From Malacoraja senta (Eukaryota), in assembly GCA_038087875.1 (NCBI GenBank), contig CM075989.1:16244001-16308000 (forward strand): DNA of 64,000 bases, in the 5' to 3' direction. Of the stretch, positions 50,210-63,913 are shown in pieces. The notes below the pieces were generated by a model, which saw nothing but the letters and a program-made list of their open reading frames with translations, did no database searches and was not told where the DNA came from. Made by a program: the position numbers and the translations under genes. Each line of letters opens with the position of its first letter. Position 1 is the stretch's first letter.

Positions 50210-50932
50210 ACACAGACGATAGCCAATATGCTGCCGTAACTAAGCGGAACAGACAGCATTTCTGGAGAAAAGGAATGGGTGACGTTTCGGGTCGACACCC
50301 TTCTCACACTGAGTGAGAGTCGGGAGAAAAGGTATTTACTGTATCCGTTGTTCAAGATGTGGACTCATACACCAGCAAGACCAATCGCAGACTGGGCGAT
50401 CGTTTCACTGAACATCTTCACTCAGTCCGCCTGAATCTACCTGATCTCCTGGTTGCCAAACACTTTAATTCCCCTTCCCATACTGACCTTTCTGGCCTAA
50501 GCCTTCTCCATTGTCAGAGTGAGGCTAAACGCAAATTGGAGGAACAGCATCTCATATTTCGCTTGGGCAACTTACAACCCAGTGATAGGAATTTTGATTT
50601 TTTTAACTTCAAGTAACCCCTGCATTCCCTCTCTCCATCCCTCCCCCATGCAAGTTGCACCAGGTTTTCATTCTCACGTAGCAAACAGCTAACAATAATC
50701 AGTTTCCTTCATCATATTTACTTGTTTGCATATCTTTCATTCATTTGCTCTCTATCTCTCATCACCACCAATATCTCGTTTCCCTTTCTCCCCCCCACCC
50801 GACTCAGTCTGAATGGACTCAACCCAAAACGTCATCCTTCTCTCCAGAGATGCTGCCTGTCCCCCTGAGTTATTCCAGCATTTTGTGTCTATCTTCGGTT
50901 TAATCCAACATCTGCAGTTCCTTCTTGCACAT
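50210..50932 (+). mobile_element. 5'-truncated Penelope-like element: inverted pLTR, GIY-YIG end, pLTR
   Basis: IYCIRCSRCGL...KTNRRLGDRFTEHLHSV...VAKHFNSPSH...KRKLEEQHLIFRLG; termini in inverted orientation. Confidence 0.88.
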
Positions 50933-51149
50933 TCACGCAGAAGAGTCTTGCTCAACTTATACCAAGTCTTCAGCCCATACATCATATCCATTATTAAGAT
51001 TTAGTTTAACTTGAATATTACTGTCCAACTCTCTTCTATCTCACTGCATTGTAAAGCTCCTGCATTTCTTTTGCATCTCTAAGCTTGAATTCAGAAATAT
51101 ATTCAATGGCATCTAAGCTCTATTTACAGAGGGTAAAGTAGAGGACAAA

Positions 51150-52172
51150 GCACACAACCCTTAAGTTTGTGCTCAGTCCCTTACATCTCTCCATTCACAC
51201 TCATGACTGTGCTGCCAAGTATAGCTCCAACTCAATCTTGAAGTTTGCTGATGATACTAATGTTGTCAGACGGATCTACAATAACACGCAGTACAAGAAA
51301 GAAATCGGGAACTTTGACACGGTGGCAGAACAACAACCTAGCCCTTAATGTCAGCAAGATTTGGCTGTTGACCTAAGGAAGCAGGAGACAGTGATGAACA
51401 CTAATATGTCTTCATCAACAGAGCTGCTAAATACTTGGTAGACAGATTAAAGTTCCTTTACATTACATCTACATTACTAGCAACCCAATCTAGTCCCTTC
51501 ACATTGATGCAATGTTCAAGAAAGCACATCAGCAGATTTACTTTCTTAGATGCATCAAAAGATTCAGCATGTTCACCAGGATTCTCTCAAACTTCTACAC
51601 TTGTTCTATAGAAAGTATTCCGATGGGATGCATCTCAATCTGGTATGGCAACTGTACTGCTGTTGTCCACCTGAATCAGCAAAGTGGTGAACACAGCCAA
51701 GTCCATCACAGGCTCATCATTGCATTCATCCAGTCTGTCTTCAAAGTTGCTTCAGGAAGACTGGAAATATCATCAAGGGTGTCTGCCATCCTGGCCATTC
51801 CTTTTTTCTCTTTGACCTTCTGGGAGAAGATACAGGACTTGAAAGCCTAGACATCCATACTTAAGAACAGCTTCTTTCCCACTTCTATCAAACTCGTGAA
51901 GAAATAGTCTCTTTCACACTCCCTTCCCAGAGGTGCTGCCACATCCTCGTACTTTTTATGACCTCACTCAGTTTTTCCATTATTGTACTTTCATATTTTG
52001 TTTTATACTATTTCACATTGCATTACAATCTTTGCACCATTTTGCTGTTCTGCAAACATTGTATTTATTGTTCTTATACTTTGTTATTTATGTATACCAT
52101 ATACTCTGAGCTTCATGCAAACATGGAATTCCATTACCCTCTAGTGTATCTGACAATAAAGTTATCTGAATT
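51150..52172 (+). mobile_element. Rex/L2-type LINE remnant
   Basis: LKFADDTNVV, KKAHQQIYFLR, IWYGNCT; tail tgacaataaagttatctgaat. Confidence 0.78.
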
Positions 52173-52769
52173 TTAAAATGTTGTACATATACTAATGCAT
52201 AATTATCCACCTTTACAGTCCCCATACTGTGATTAAAAAAAATTTGAGACAGAAAATCAATGGTTATTTAATATTGTGCATTATTTTAATGCCATTCTAC
52301 TACTTCCTTCTTTGGCAATACTTCCCAAACTGTCATCTTTGACCGCAAAGACAATAAACATAGGGGAACAGAAAAACTTCCAATTTCCTCCAAGCCACAT
52401 GTTATCTAGTTGTGGAAATACACTGGCATTCCTCCATGGATAACTAATCAAGACCCACAACTCCCTTCTTAACAGTACACTCTAAATATTTACAAACCGT
52501 TCTAAACGCATTGCTACCTCCCAAGGAGGATTAATCATGCACAATAAATGCTGGTCCATTGATGCCCATGGTTATGAATTAATAAAAAATGTCTATTCCC
52601 AGGCCACAGTCCACATCGTCCAGTCATTTACCTGTTGTACATCGTCACTGACAACTAGATTAAATGCAAGAGTGACTAATCCCTGGAATGCCAAGAAGTC
52701 ACCACTTTGAAGAAAATTAGAAAATGACAGAAAGGTACATAAAAACCTCAGCCAAATAGAAGTGCTAAC

Positions 52770-52826
52770 CTCTTCATTTAGAAGGATATCCAGTTCTTCA
52801 AGAACAAACTCTTCATTTTCCTCCGC
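52770..52826 (-). CDS. SLTM: SLTM exon 5
   Basis: ttttctcag|GCG...GAG|gttagc; 57 nt; AEENEEFVLEELDILLNEE. Confidence 0.82.
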
Positions 52827-54977
52827 CTGAGAAAACAGCATGAATCACAATTCAATCCCATTTGTAAATTTGTCTTTATTAAAAAAATCTACCCTTAAAC
52901 CTTTAGCAGCAATGGAACACGGTTGTGGTACTAGAGCCATAAACTGCAAACTCATGAAAATTCAACACACCACTTCAAGACTTTAGATCAGTTTCAATGA
53001 TTCCCTGATTACATGTACAGTAATTCAGTTCTCCTTATTCAAATATTTAACATAAAATAACATAACAGCAGCCTCTAATAACAGCAGTTGTCAAAATTTT
53101 CGGAAATGCTGTTTTGCTTCAACATTACATTTGGCAAATTTTCACCTAATCAGAAAACAATTTAGCATATTTTGATTTATATATATTTCTGAAAATTAAG
53201 GTTGAGTAGCAGATAACCTAGAAGACAAAGGTGCTATATAAAAAAAGGTGCTATGTATAAAACCTTCTCTTGCCAAGGTGTCATCTTCCCAACCCTTCCA
53301 ATTCCCCTTTTTTGGTTCAACCCTCTTTCCCCCAACCCCACCCTGAGAAGTGGTGTTAACAAAGATAATTTTCCACTCCACTAGAACATTGGACACTGCT
53401 TGTTGAAGTGAAACACCTCACATGTGGAGATCAAGTACCCCAAGAGGTCAATCATGTTAAAATGAAAATTCGTACAAGGAACATTCTTAAATCACGATAG
53501 CTATAAAAAATAAATTTTACCACACTTCACCCAAAATGATGCTCTCACAACAATGAATCATTCCACGGTAGAGCCAGGAAAAGCTGCCTACAAAGATTTT
53601 CATAGTGCAGACCCCATCGAAAGTTGACAGAAGTTCAACACGGTCCTTATCCTGTTTGGCAAAGTGAACGAGGCCCATTGATGGGAGCTTGCAGCAGCTG
53701 CTCCATGTGTGGAAAAATCCCCAGATACCGTAACCTCTCACATCATCTCCCGTTGAGTGCCCCCCTTTCCTTCTTCAACGTTTTTTGTTTGGTTACCTTG
53801 CTAGCAATCAAGGTGGAGTTTGTTAACAAAGTCTGGAAAAAACCTGTACAGTTAAATAGGAGGAGCCACAGCTTCTGCTTGCTCTGGCCCTCCGAGCACC
53901 AGCCCACACAGACTCTACACCTAGGGAAATTCATTGCCAGAATTGTGCCAGTTTCCTGGCACAGCAGTGAGATGCAGTGGAAAAAGTAAAGATGTGCTCC
54001 AGGTACTACGAGGCTTAACAGCAGTCAGGCAGGGGTTCACACCAGGTTTCAAGCACAGCAGTGGGGACGGCAGGGGAACATGTTTCTGTACAACAGCGGT
54101 CTCAGTAACATCTCTCTCTAAACAAAATGCTCTTGTGAATCCTTTTAACACTAATTCCATTTGCATTCCCATTCCTAGGAATGTATCCTTAGTGAGCAAG
54201 TTACTAATGAATCATCCACCACTCCTTTTTCTCATTGATTACCGCCTTTCTTGTGAACTTTCTTGATTTTTTTACATAGCTTGTATACAAATACACAACA
54301 CTTGGCTCTTCTGATCCTTTATCTAGTTCTTCACACTTCAGAAAAATCACAATTTTTTCAATCCAAGATGAATACCCTAACAATCTGTCCAAGTGTTTTA
54401 TACCATCATGCTCTTGGAACTTAATATTCCTTCTTTCAGTGAAAATTACAAGCTATCTTACTAAACCATACCTGCCCGTTAGACTGCAGATCAAATTATG
54501 AAAATGTATATATTTTTTTAAAAGCAAGAATTAACTTCCACCATGCAAATCTGTGCACGTACTCTGACATTCTTAGAACAAATGCAATGGATTTAATTTG
54601 CTGCGTTTTCATTGGCAGATACTGCCTGAAACTAATGTCGGTTTAAATAAGATTTACTGGCATGTAATATACTATAGAAAATAAATAGTAAATAAGAAAG
54701 AAAATGAATTATATATTAATATTACAACATCCGATGAAAAACTTGAGCATGTGTAAGTTTTTAAGGAATTCATCATGGGCAGTTACTTCAACTACTTGAT
54801 GCTCGTTATATTACATCCTCCTACACAGGTAAAATGTAAGCACTGAATAAACTACTGCAACATATATTTGAACATGGACAAAACATTTACCCAGAAAATC
54901 GTTTCAGGCAGAAATTCTGTTCAAATCTGGATTATCAATTGTTTTGGCTATTTTATGAAAGTCGGCTACTCCTGTAC

Positions 54978-55160
54978 CTGGTCTTCTGGTTCTCCCTCAT
55001 CCAGAGTTTCAGCACCAGGTTCACCTGCACTCACAGGCAATCGTCCAGTGAATGAATCACCATTTTCCTCCTTGGTTTCACTGATTTTGCGTTCCTCAAG
55101 TCCATCTTGATCACTTATATCCTGAAAATCACTCTGAATTGCTTCCATATCAGCTTCCAC
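54978..55160 (-). CDS. SLTM: SLTM exon 4 (acidic region)
   Basis: 183 nt, phase 0/0; VEADMEAIQSDFQDISDQDG...EGEPEDQ. Confidence 0.88.
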
Positions 55161-56337
55161 CTGTTACAAGACATTTATACTTCTCAATATAACTCAAAAT
55201 TTAAGCTGACCTATGGACACTTTATGCACAATTGGCATTTAATGCACGTATAGCATTCACAGTTTTAGAGAAAAAGCTCTACCATCTGTTTCCCTCTGCT
55301 CTCACTAAAATTCATTCAACATCCTCAGCACCTCAAGCAGAACAGTCCTCAATTTCTTAGTACTCCAGGATGCTTGAGATAACACCTACATTCATAGCAG
55401 CTATTGATTTTTTTTGATTTTTTTAAAATTTCCTCTTCTTAATAAACAAAATGTTTCATTTTTGAGTTCTAAACTATCCCATACTCTGGCAATAGCATAA
55501 TTGTGCATATTAATTTCCATTTGTTGTGGTCCATGGCTCAATCTAAATATTTCTGAATGCCTTTAATCATAATTCCATCTCTAACCTCTAGCTCCCATTG
55601 CCAAATAATGTTTTAAACAACGTTGAATCACTACTAATTCTGTACAATTTCATTAATTACAATCTTTATGAACCTAATTATTTTAATGCATTCACAAACA
55701 CTACTAGGTAACAATTAACATACCAATAGAGAGATGTGACATGCACTTTACAACCATTTTGCCGTTTATTTCATCAGTTTAGTTTTGTCCATGTGCACCA
55801 TACAAATGATACATTCCGATAGTCTCCCACATCTCATATCAATGTAGAGTATTAATAGCAACCACTGAGATGGCCACAATGCAAACAATAGTTTTGATCG
55901 AAGTGAAAGAAAGATAAGCCCATTGTTATTTTTTTAAGAAACAGTGCTTCCTTAGTTATTTATTAGCACTGTCCTGTGACCACTTAGATAACCAAACCTG
56001 AAGTTGCCAGCTTTCTTTTTTCCATCCTTATTGAATAATTGAGTGACTTGACTAAATTATTTTTACAATTGCTACATCAATAAAGCTTTGAAAGATTGCA
56101 ACATTTCACCAAGACAAAATTCAGTTTAAGAAAACAATTTTTGTTAAAACCTGGAAAGCCTTGACTATCTAGCTCAACGCTGAGACATTGTAATGTGGTT
56201 TATAAAACATCAATAAGAAATTAGCAAAGGAGGCTTTTTAATGGAGCAATCAAGTAACTATCATCACCTCTCCTCCATTAACTTACCCCACCTTCCTTAC
56301 AGATCTAAATTGTTATCACTGGGTATATATCCACTTC

Positions 56338-56482
56338 CATAGAAACATAGAAAATAGGTGCAGGAGTAGGTCATTCGGCTATTCGAGCCAGCACCGCCAC
56401 TCAATATGATCATGGCAGATCATCCAAAATCAATACCCCGTTCCGGCTTTTTCCCCATATCCCTTGATTCCCTTAGCCCTAA
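56338..56482 (-). mobile_element. CR1 3' tail
   Basis: catagaaacatagaaaataggtgcaggagtagg...ccccatatccccttgattcc. Confidence 0.85.
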
Positions 56483-58014
56483 ATCTCCCCTTTGAAAGCC
56501 ACGGTTTAAGCTGTATCCACCACATTTTCAAACAATGTATTCCACCACATACTGCAGACATTTTTTTTTCATGTCACTTCTGGATCTTTGTCAATCATTT
56601 AAACCTGCTCCCTTTGGTCATTAAACTCTACAGTAATATCTGCTTTTGTATTTACCTTTTCCTAATGCAAAATTATATTTTATACCAAAAGCAAAATACT
56701 GCCAATGTCAAAAATCTGAAATAAATCTGAAATAAATCAGAAAATGCTGGAAACATTGACAGATCAAGCAGTAACTGTGGAGAATTAAAAAGGCTTAATA
56801 GTTCAGGGTGATGAAAAATCAGAGAATATTCAAATGTCCTCTGAACTTCATCTAATACCAAGGGGGAAATATTCCTTTCTACCCTCACAAATGAAGTATT
56901 TAATTTCTGGAACCATGTCAGTAAAACTTTATTGCATATTTCTTTAGAATCTTCACAAATGTCCTAAAGTGCAATGATCAGAAGTGGATACAATACTCAT
57001 TTTAGTGGCTTAAGCACCATTTTACAATTGTTCAACATAACATATTTTTATTTGCCCACATTTATAAAACCCCAGATACTAAATATATTTATTCTCAGGG
57101 TTACACAAGGGTTTAGTTCTCAAACTCTTTGTAAACCAACATTTCTGTAAGTCAGTGCATGTCAGTAAATGCCAAAGTGCTGGCAAGAGGGACATTTTGT
57201 GTGAGTTGGGATGTGGACAATAAGGTTGGGATTATCGCAATCCTACAGCAAAGCTGTATTTTATATTATAATGATGTAAAATGTTCCTGGGTGTGTAAAG
57301 CAACTGTAAATTTGTTAGTTAATGCATTAAAAAAGCATCAATATTCATACAATAAATTTCTAAGGCCCATCAAATGATTCACCCACAAAACCAGGTTTGA
57401 CAAAATCCTATTAAATTGGATTGGGAACAGGAAACTATCAAAATAAAACTGCCCCTTATTGTTATACTTTATTATATTAGTTATATTTGTTAGACTACCC
57501 AAACCACATTGATCCGCATACACTTTCATTCATAATTCACTTCATCAAATATTTTCTCTTCACCCGTTATTAAACTAATACCATATGTACTGCAACCAGT
57601 TGTTTATGAATACTGTCTTGTATTTCTGTAACTAACTGTCCTATTCTGAAATTTAAGAGCCGCCAAGGGAATGCAAAAAAATCTGTAATAGCTGACTGAA
57701 TTACCAAGAATTACCCAACTGTTAAGAATCTAATGTTTCTGAATACCTGAGACATTCAGGAACATTTACAACCAAAAGTTTAATAACAAATTAGAATGCC
57801 TAAATATTAAGTAGTGCAATAAAGAATTTCTACACATTTAATTAAACTTAATTCACTAAAATATTATAAATTCTTATACTCAATCCAGTGCATTGCAACT
57901 GTTCCTTTGTGTTGCAATTAAAGCACACTGAAGGGTTTCAGTGGATGCATGTTCTTCAGCTAGATTCAATGAGGAATCCAATGTTGGGAGCACCGTCAAC
58001 GCAACAATATATAC

Positions 58015-58100
58015 AAACGGTTGGAGTAACTCAGTGGGACAGGCATCAGCTCTGGAGAGAAGGAATGGGCGACGTTGCGTTCGAGACCCTCTTCAGACTG
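58015..58100 (-). mobile_element. Penelope-like terminus with mutated hammerhead
   Basis: CTGAAGA intact on -, GAAA changed to GCAA. Confidence 0.65.
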
Positions 58101-58772
58101 GACCACTGGCGAAGAGCAGCTAACAACTTTAGAACTTTCACGACTTTACGGAGAAGTTCAAGCTAATACAGTGCCACAGCGGAGAGAACTAATTAGTGCA
58201 ATCCAGGGAGTCTGCAAAGAGTTTTCATATTCTCCTTGTGACCGTCAGATGTTGAAAAAAGTTTAATGATTTGAATTGTAATGCTGTTCATGGTAAAAAA
58301 AAATAACACTAAGAATAAGACAACTTAGACAATACTTCTTGAAGGAACTGGAGACCAGCAAATGTTACAATACAGAGGGATCTGATAAGCAAGTTCAACA
58401 AACACAAAGTATACATAAAGACACTACAAGCAATTGGGATGACAATGTAATCTTCAAAGATATCCTAGGAAAACGACCTCAGAGCTATTGATACTCAGAT
58501 CTCGATAATATTTCGTGAGAATAGATTCATTTGAATACCCATAAGAAACTTAGCACAAAGGTGGCCACTGATCAGCTATGAACTAACTAAAGGCCAGAGG
58601 AGGGCCAAGAACACAGATGGTCTAACTCCGCTCACATTTTCCATTTTTCATTCTATATAAGATGGCATTTGGAAATGGATTATGTGCATATTTTTTTTTA
58701 AATGAGGCACCCTGAAGTATAATTAATATTGCCTTTCATAGTTGTTTTTAACACATACAAAATGTTACCAAC

Positions 58773-58837
58773 CTTGCTATTACCATCCTCTTCTGTGCTG
58801 ACATCACCTCCAGCTTCATCAGTATCTTGTTTCTTCC
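58773..58837 (-). CDS. SLTM: SLTM exon 3
   Basis: 65 nt, phase 1/0; (G)KKQDTDEAGGDVSTEEDGNSK. Confidence 0.9.
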
Positions 58838-60039
58838 CTTAAAATAAAACAATGCTGTTTAACCAATGCAGCAACTAAATGTTGCAACTCCATCTAAAGT
58901 AAAACACATTTAAAATGTTCATAAATCTTTCATATTCTCAGTTACTGATTATTCCATAACAATTTAAAAACTTAATTTAACTGCTTTGACATTCAAGAAT
59001 ATGTATTTACATTGAATGAATGGCAACTATTACAGAGAAAGTTTCTTTTAACTCAGATTTAAAAAAAAAATCCAAACATGTTTTCTTTACGTAACAAATC
59101 TGCATTGTTGATGCTATTAGACAGTTCACTATAGTATCTGGAATTAACACCCTGATTTTTGGTGGAATCAAAAGCAGTGCAAGTTCAAGTTTTATCAGCT
59201 TCTCAGTTCCACTGAAAAAAAAGACAATTGCTCACTGATCAATTAAACTGACCAATTCTGGTACAGAGAGAAAAAAAAATCAATATCCATCAAATTTACC
59301 AGTGCCAATTTATTATTTATTTTTTTAAATCAACTGTTCCCCCTCTAAATAAAGCAATGATCGTTCATCACAGTTTCAACTCTGATCATTCTCCATCCAT
59401 GCAAAGGGTAAAGTTACTTGAAGCAATTTATCAAATGAAAAAAAATCTGCAACATTTCAGTTGCCATGATACTTCAGCTGGTTTGGTACAAATTAAAAAG
59501 CATAAATTCCACATCATAAAATGCAATTCTGCAAAATGGGATGAGTGCTGAAGACTGGGAATAGTTTTGTTTTGCGCTTGATGGCCAGCATGTACAAAAT
59601 ATGTTGAAGGACCTTTTTAATGTGCTATTCCAACTCCCAGGATTTGTAGGATTTTGTTGGTATTCAGGACTGAAAATAAATCTGACCACAGTACTGATTG
59701 CACATCCCACCAAATAATATATTGTTCATTTCTGGGATTGATATGGCAGGGAGACATCTTTGCAAAGCGTAACCATATTGCGAAAAAGCAGCATGTAGTG
59801 GCCACTTATTACATCATCAACATGTTCAATTGGCAGAGTAAATATTTGATTACACATATTGCTTCGCAGCTCCAACTGACCAAATGTTATTCAGCAGGGA
59901 AATAATTTTTCCATTTAAGTGTTGCAACTGAATCTCTGTTTGAAGATATTGTACAAGTGTCCGAGAGCCAAATTTGCTGATGGTACAATAAAAGGTAGGA
60001 AAGCAAATTGTAAGGTCTGCAAAGGGATCAAGTGATTGC

Positions 60040-60715
60040 ACAAAAAAAATGCCAAGCGATATTTAACATTGGGAAGTAGATGGTTATCCACATTGGTAAC
60101 AAGAATAGTAAAACAGAATATTGCTTAAAGACAAAGGATCTGGGTATGCTAGTACCCGAAACTCCAAGGTAGCATGTGGTATATAGCAAGTGATTAGGAA
60201 GCCAAATGGAATGTTGATTTTTTACCACAAACAAGTACCACCACTGTAAAGTCTTCCTACAAATTTCCAGGCCATCGTTGAAAGCACATCTCAAAATACT
60301 GCATCATGTTGGTCTTTCTATCCCTAAAGGCGTACATCTTAATTAAAGACAATTCACAGAAGGCTCCCCACAATTGATTCCTGAATTAAAGGGCTATTTC
60401 ATCAGACAAGATTTAAGAAATTAAACTAAAGCCAATAAAGTTTGGAACAATGAGGGGTAATTTTATTGAAATATTACTAAGGTCCAAAGGGGCTCGACAG
60501 GATAAAACAAGAGCATTTTCTTTCTTTTTTTTTTTAAAGAAAACTCTAGAATTAGGGAGCAATTTCTTCTAAGGATTGTGAATCATTGGCAATTTCCACA
60601 GAGCTATGGAAGTGAAATCATAGAATACTTTTAAGCCAGACACAAGCAGATCTTTAGTCTGTAAGAGAATAGAGGATTATGGAGAACCAAAGCTAAGATC
60701 AGATCCACCATGATC
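60040..60715 (+). mobile_element. Old CR1 LINE 3' portion
   Basis: gttatccacattggtaacaagaatag...gattaggaagccaaatggaatgttg...agatcagatccaccatgatc. Confidence 0.65.
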
Positions 60716-61384
60716 ACGTTTGTATCCATTTTTAAGATTGTGGGTCTTGCGAGCAAGGCCAAAATGCTGTTGGGAAGCCAAGTCCAGCATTTATACATTC
60801 CAAGTCAGTGCAGTGCATGACTTTGAGAGGAACTGCATGAATTGATATTCCGTTTCAACAGTTGACTATGTCCTTCTTGGTGGCAGAGGATCTGGTTTGA
60901 GAGGCGCTATCAGAGTCTGAAAATGGGTCCCCGACCCCAAACATTATTTGCCCATTCCCTTCACAGACGTTACGTGACCCATTGAGTTCCTCCAGCACTT
61001 TGGTTTTTGCTGTCAGTTACTTAGGTTAATAATACCAGCGTCTTTTGCAAATGGCACACAATAACAGATATAACATGGTGGTGATGTAGGGAATAATGTG
61101 TAGGATAGTGAATGGAATGCTAACCAAACAGATTGCTTTGTCTGTTGTCAAATGTTGCTGGACCTGCAAGTCGAATGTCAGGCAACACAGCAACCATTTT
61201 GAGAAGAGGTGGACTGATGGCGTTGCATCTAAATGCACACTGTGTATAAAACGAGGTGGTTGAGCTTGTAGCACTTTGAAATTGGCAGGTATGATGTTGT
61301 GGGCATCACTGAGTCATGGCTAAAAGGGGACCAGTGCTAGGAGCTGAATGGCACAGATACACATGCTATCAAAAAAAGATGAGC

Positions 61385-62298
61385 ACATATGGCTGCTGAA
61401 GGTACTGGCTCACTTTCTTCACCACCATTTCACAGATGAGGTGGTATGCTTTGGATCTTGGGCAGTTCCTTCTCTCCCCCTTTGCTTTTGCCATCACTCT
61501 GATATAAGTTAATCTTCGTCTCATCTGTCCGCAAGACCTTTTTTCCAGAACTGTGTTTGCTCTTTTAAGTACTTCTTGGCAAACTGTAACCCAGCCATCC
61601 TATTTTTGTGGCTAACCAGTGGTTTGCATTTTGCAGTGTAGCCTCTGCATTTCTGTTCATGAAGTCTTCCGCAGACAGTGGTCATTGGCAAATCCACATC
61701 TGACTCCTGAAGAGCGTTTCTGATCTGTCAGACAGGTGTTTGGGGATTTTTCTGTATTATAGAGAGAATTCTGTCATCACTGTGGGGGTCTTCCTTGGCC
61801 TGCCAGTCCCTTTGCGACTAGTAAACTCACCAGTGCTCTCTTTCTTCTTAATGATGTTCCAAACAATTGATTTTGGTAAGCCTAAGGTTTGGCTGATGTC
61901 TCTAACAGTTTTATTCTTGTTTCTCAGTCTCATAATGGCTTCTTTGACTTTCATTGACAGAACTTTGGTCCTCATGTCGATAAACAGCAATAGAAATTTC
62001 CAACGGTGATGGAAAGACTGGGGGAAAGACTAGGTGCTGAGAGCTCTCTTATAGGCAATTACAAATGTCTGTGAAGCCATGTGTCCCAAACATTATAGTG
62101 CCCTGATAGGACGGACCACTGTACAGCTGTAATTTTTTCACAGTGAAACCAAAATGTATAAAAATGGCCTTTAATAAAATCTGACAATGTGCACTTTAAC
62201 CACATGTGATTTTTTTCTATTACATATCTCAAATTGTGGAGTACAGAGGCAAATAAATAAATGATGGGTCTTTGTCCCAAACATTATGGAAGGCACTG
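61385..62298 (-). mobile_element. Truncated Tc1 copy (same family as 13360-15045)
   Basis: ttgtcccaaacattatggaaggcactg|TA end; MRTKVLSMKVKEAIMRLRNKNKTVRDISQTLGLPKSIVWNIIKK HTH region. Confidence 0.9.
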
Positions 62299-63037
62299 TA
62301 AGTTTATGGTCAGGATAATCTTTGATTGTCAAATAGCATTTTCTTATCCCCGAGCAAAACAAGGAAGTTAGCTTTATATTGTTGACTTACATGAAAGTGA
62401 AACATTCCTATATTATTTTAGTTATTCTAGAGGTGTCTTGAAGTTGTAGAGCTCAAAAGGAAGGAAAGTGATCAAACAAGCAAGAAACTATTGTTCTAGC
62501 AAAGAAAGAACTTCTCCCAGATTCTGGAAGCTTTATATTGAATAAAATAAAATGGCAGGCGACCAAAGATCAGTTTTGTGCAATTAGTAGGGAACAGAAA
62601 GAACTGCATTATCCTGGAAATCACATTTTGTTGTGCTGCTGCAAGTATGGATTTCATTGTTCTATCTGGGACTTGAAAATTAGATGAGAAGTACAAAGTA
62701 TGCAAATCTACTGAATATTCCGACTCCTTACACAAATATACTGTTGGTAATTTGACTTCCACAACGTTTTGGCACTGCGAATAACAGCAAAAGAAATATA
62801 TAAATTGTTCTATTAAATGCTCCCATAATTTCACAACGCAGCATAATATTAACATGGATATTTCTATACCAAAGAAATGTTAAATTGCATTTGGGTGCTC
62901 ACATGGCAATAATAATGGACTGATGACTTACATAGAAATCTGCAGCTACAACAAACCGAGACCCGACAGTGGACAAACCCAATTTTGTTAAACAAATTGC
63001 TTGGACATGTGTTTTACAATCTATTCTTCTTCAAGGA

Positions 63038-63270
63038 AAGACACAAAATGCTGGATAAACGCAGCAGGTCAGGCAGCATCCCCAGAGAACATGGATAGAT
63101 GTTTTGGGTCGGAACCCTTCCGCAGACCCATACAATCAATATGAAGAAGTGTTCTAGCCCGAAGTGTCCCCTATCTACGTTCTCCATGGACTCAGCCTGA
63201 CCGTTGAATTACTCCAGCATTTTGTTTACTTCCTTTGTAAAACAGCATCTGTAGTGCCTTGTTTCCCCCA
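63038..63270. mobile_element. Inverted pair of Penelope-like termini
   Basis: gacacaaaatgctgg...gcaggtcaggcagcatc and ...cctgaccgttgaattactccagcattttgt. Confidence 0.7.
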
Positions 63271-63552
63271 TTCTTCCTCAACATGTTACACTGGTGATAT
63301 GTTAAATTTAAGAGATTCATATATTGTATCTCAAAAGTTCTTTTTTTTAATTCCTAATGACAGAAAAGTCATTGATGAGACAGAAAAGTCATTTTCTGTC
63401 TCATCAATATTTAATATTACTCTTCTGTATAACCCTCCACGGCTCTATTACACTTGGTTTATCTGTACAGCACTCGTAAAACTATTGCTATCTTTTTCAA
63501 CATAGTAAAGTAACTCAGCGTGTCAGGCAGCATCTCCGACGAGAAGGAATGG

Positions 63553-63584
63553 GTGACGTTTCAGGTCGAGACACTTCTTCAGAC
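63553..63584 (-). ncRNA. Minimal type I hammerhead motif in a Penelope-like pseudo-LTR
   Basis: gu-CUGAAGA-AGUGUCUCGACCU-GAAACGUC-ac: intact core, stem II, palindromic ACGU stem III typical of PLE hammerheads; stem I is short. Confidence 0.65.
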
Positions 63585-63834
63585 TGACTATATTTTTAAC
63601 AATATTTTAAACACATTGAGAAAACATTTAACTTTCTTCTTGAATGTATTCAGAGAGAATAAGTAAATAGGTTCACTGTAACCCAAATCTTAAAACAGTG
63701 GCAAAATAAGGAAGAGACAAAGAAAACAATCTTCATTTTTTGACAGATCACAAAGTTTGAGTTCTTTTGTTAGAAAATATAAGGGTTTTCCTTTTATAAA
63801 TGAGTACATCAAATAATAATAATAAGGGGATAAC

Positions 63835-63913
63835 CTTTGCTTTTAGGTGTTTTCTTTGAAGGCGTTTCAGAAAGCTGAATGTTATCAGGATCACCTCCCT
63901 CCTCTTCTATTGC
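63835..63913 (-). CDS. SLTM: SLTM exon 2 (first in window, follows the SAP domain)
   Basis: AG/GT bounded, 79 nt, phase 0/1; AIEEEGGDPDNIQLSETPSKKTPKSK. Confidence 0.93.

Noticed and set aside
53500-54240. Moderately GC-rich block with several ORFs of 60-120 aa
   Set aside because: No recognisable protein, termini or splice pattern; unclassifiable by eye.
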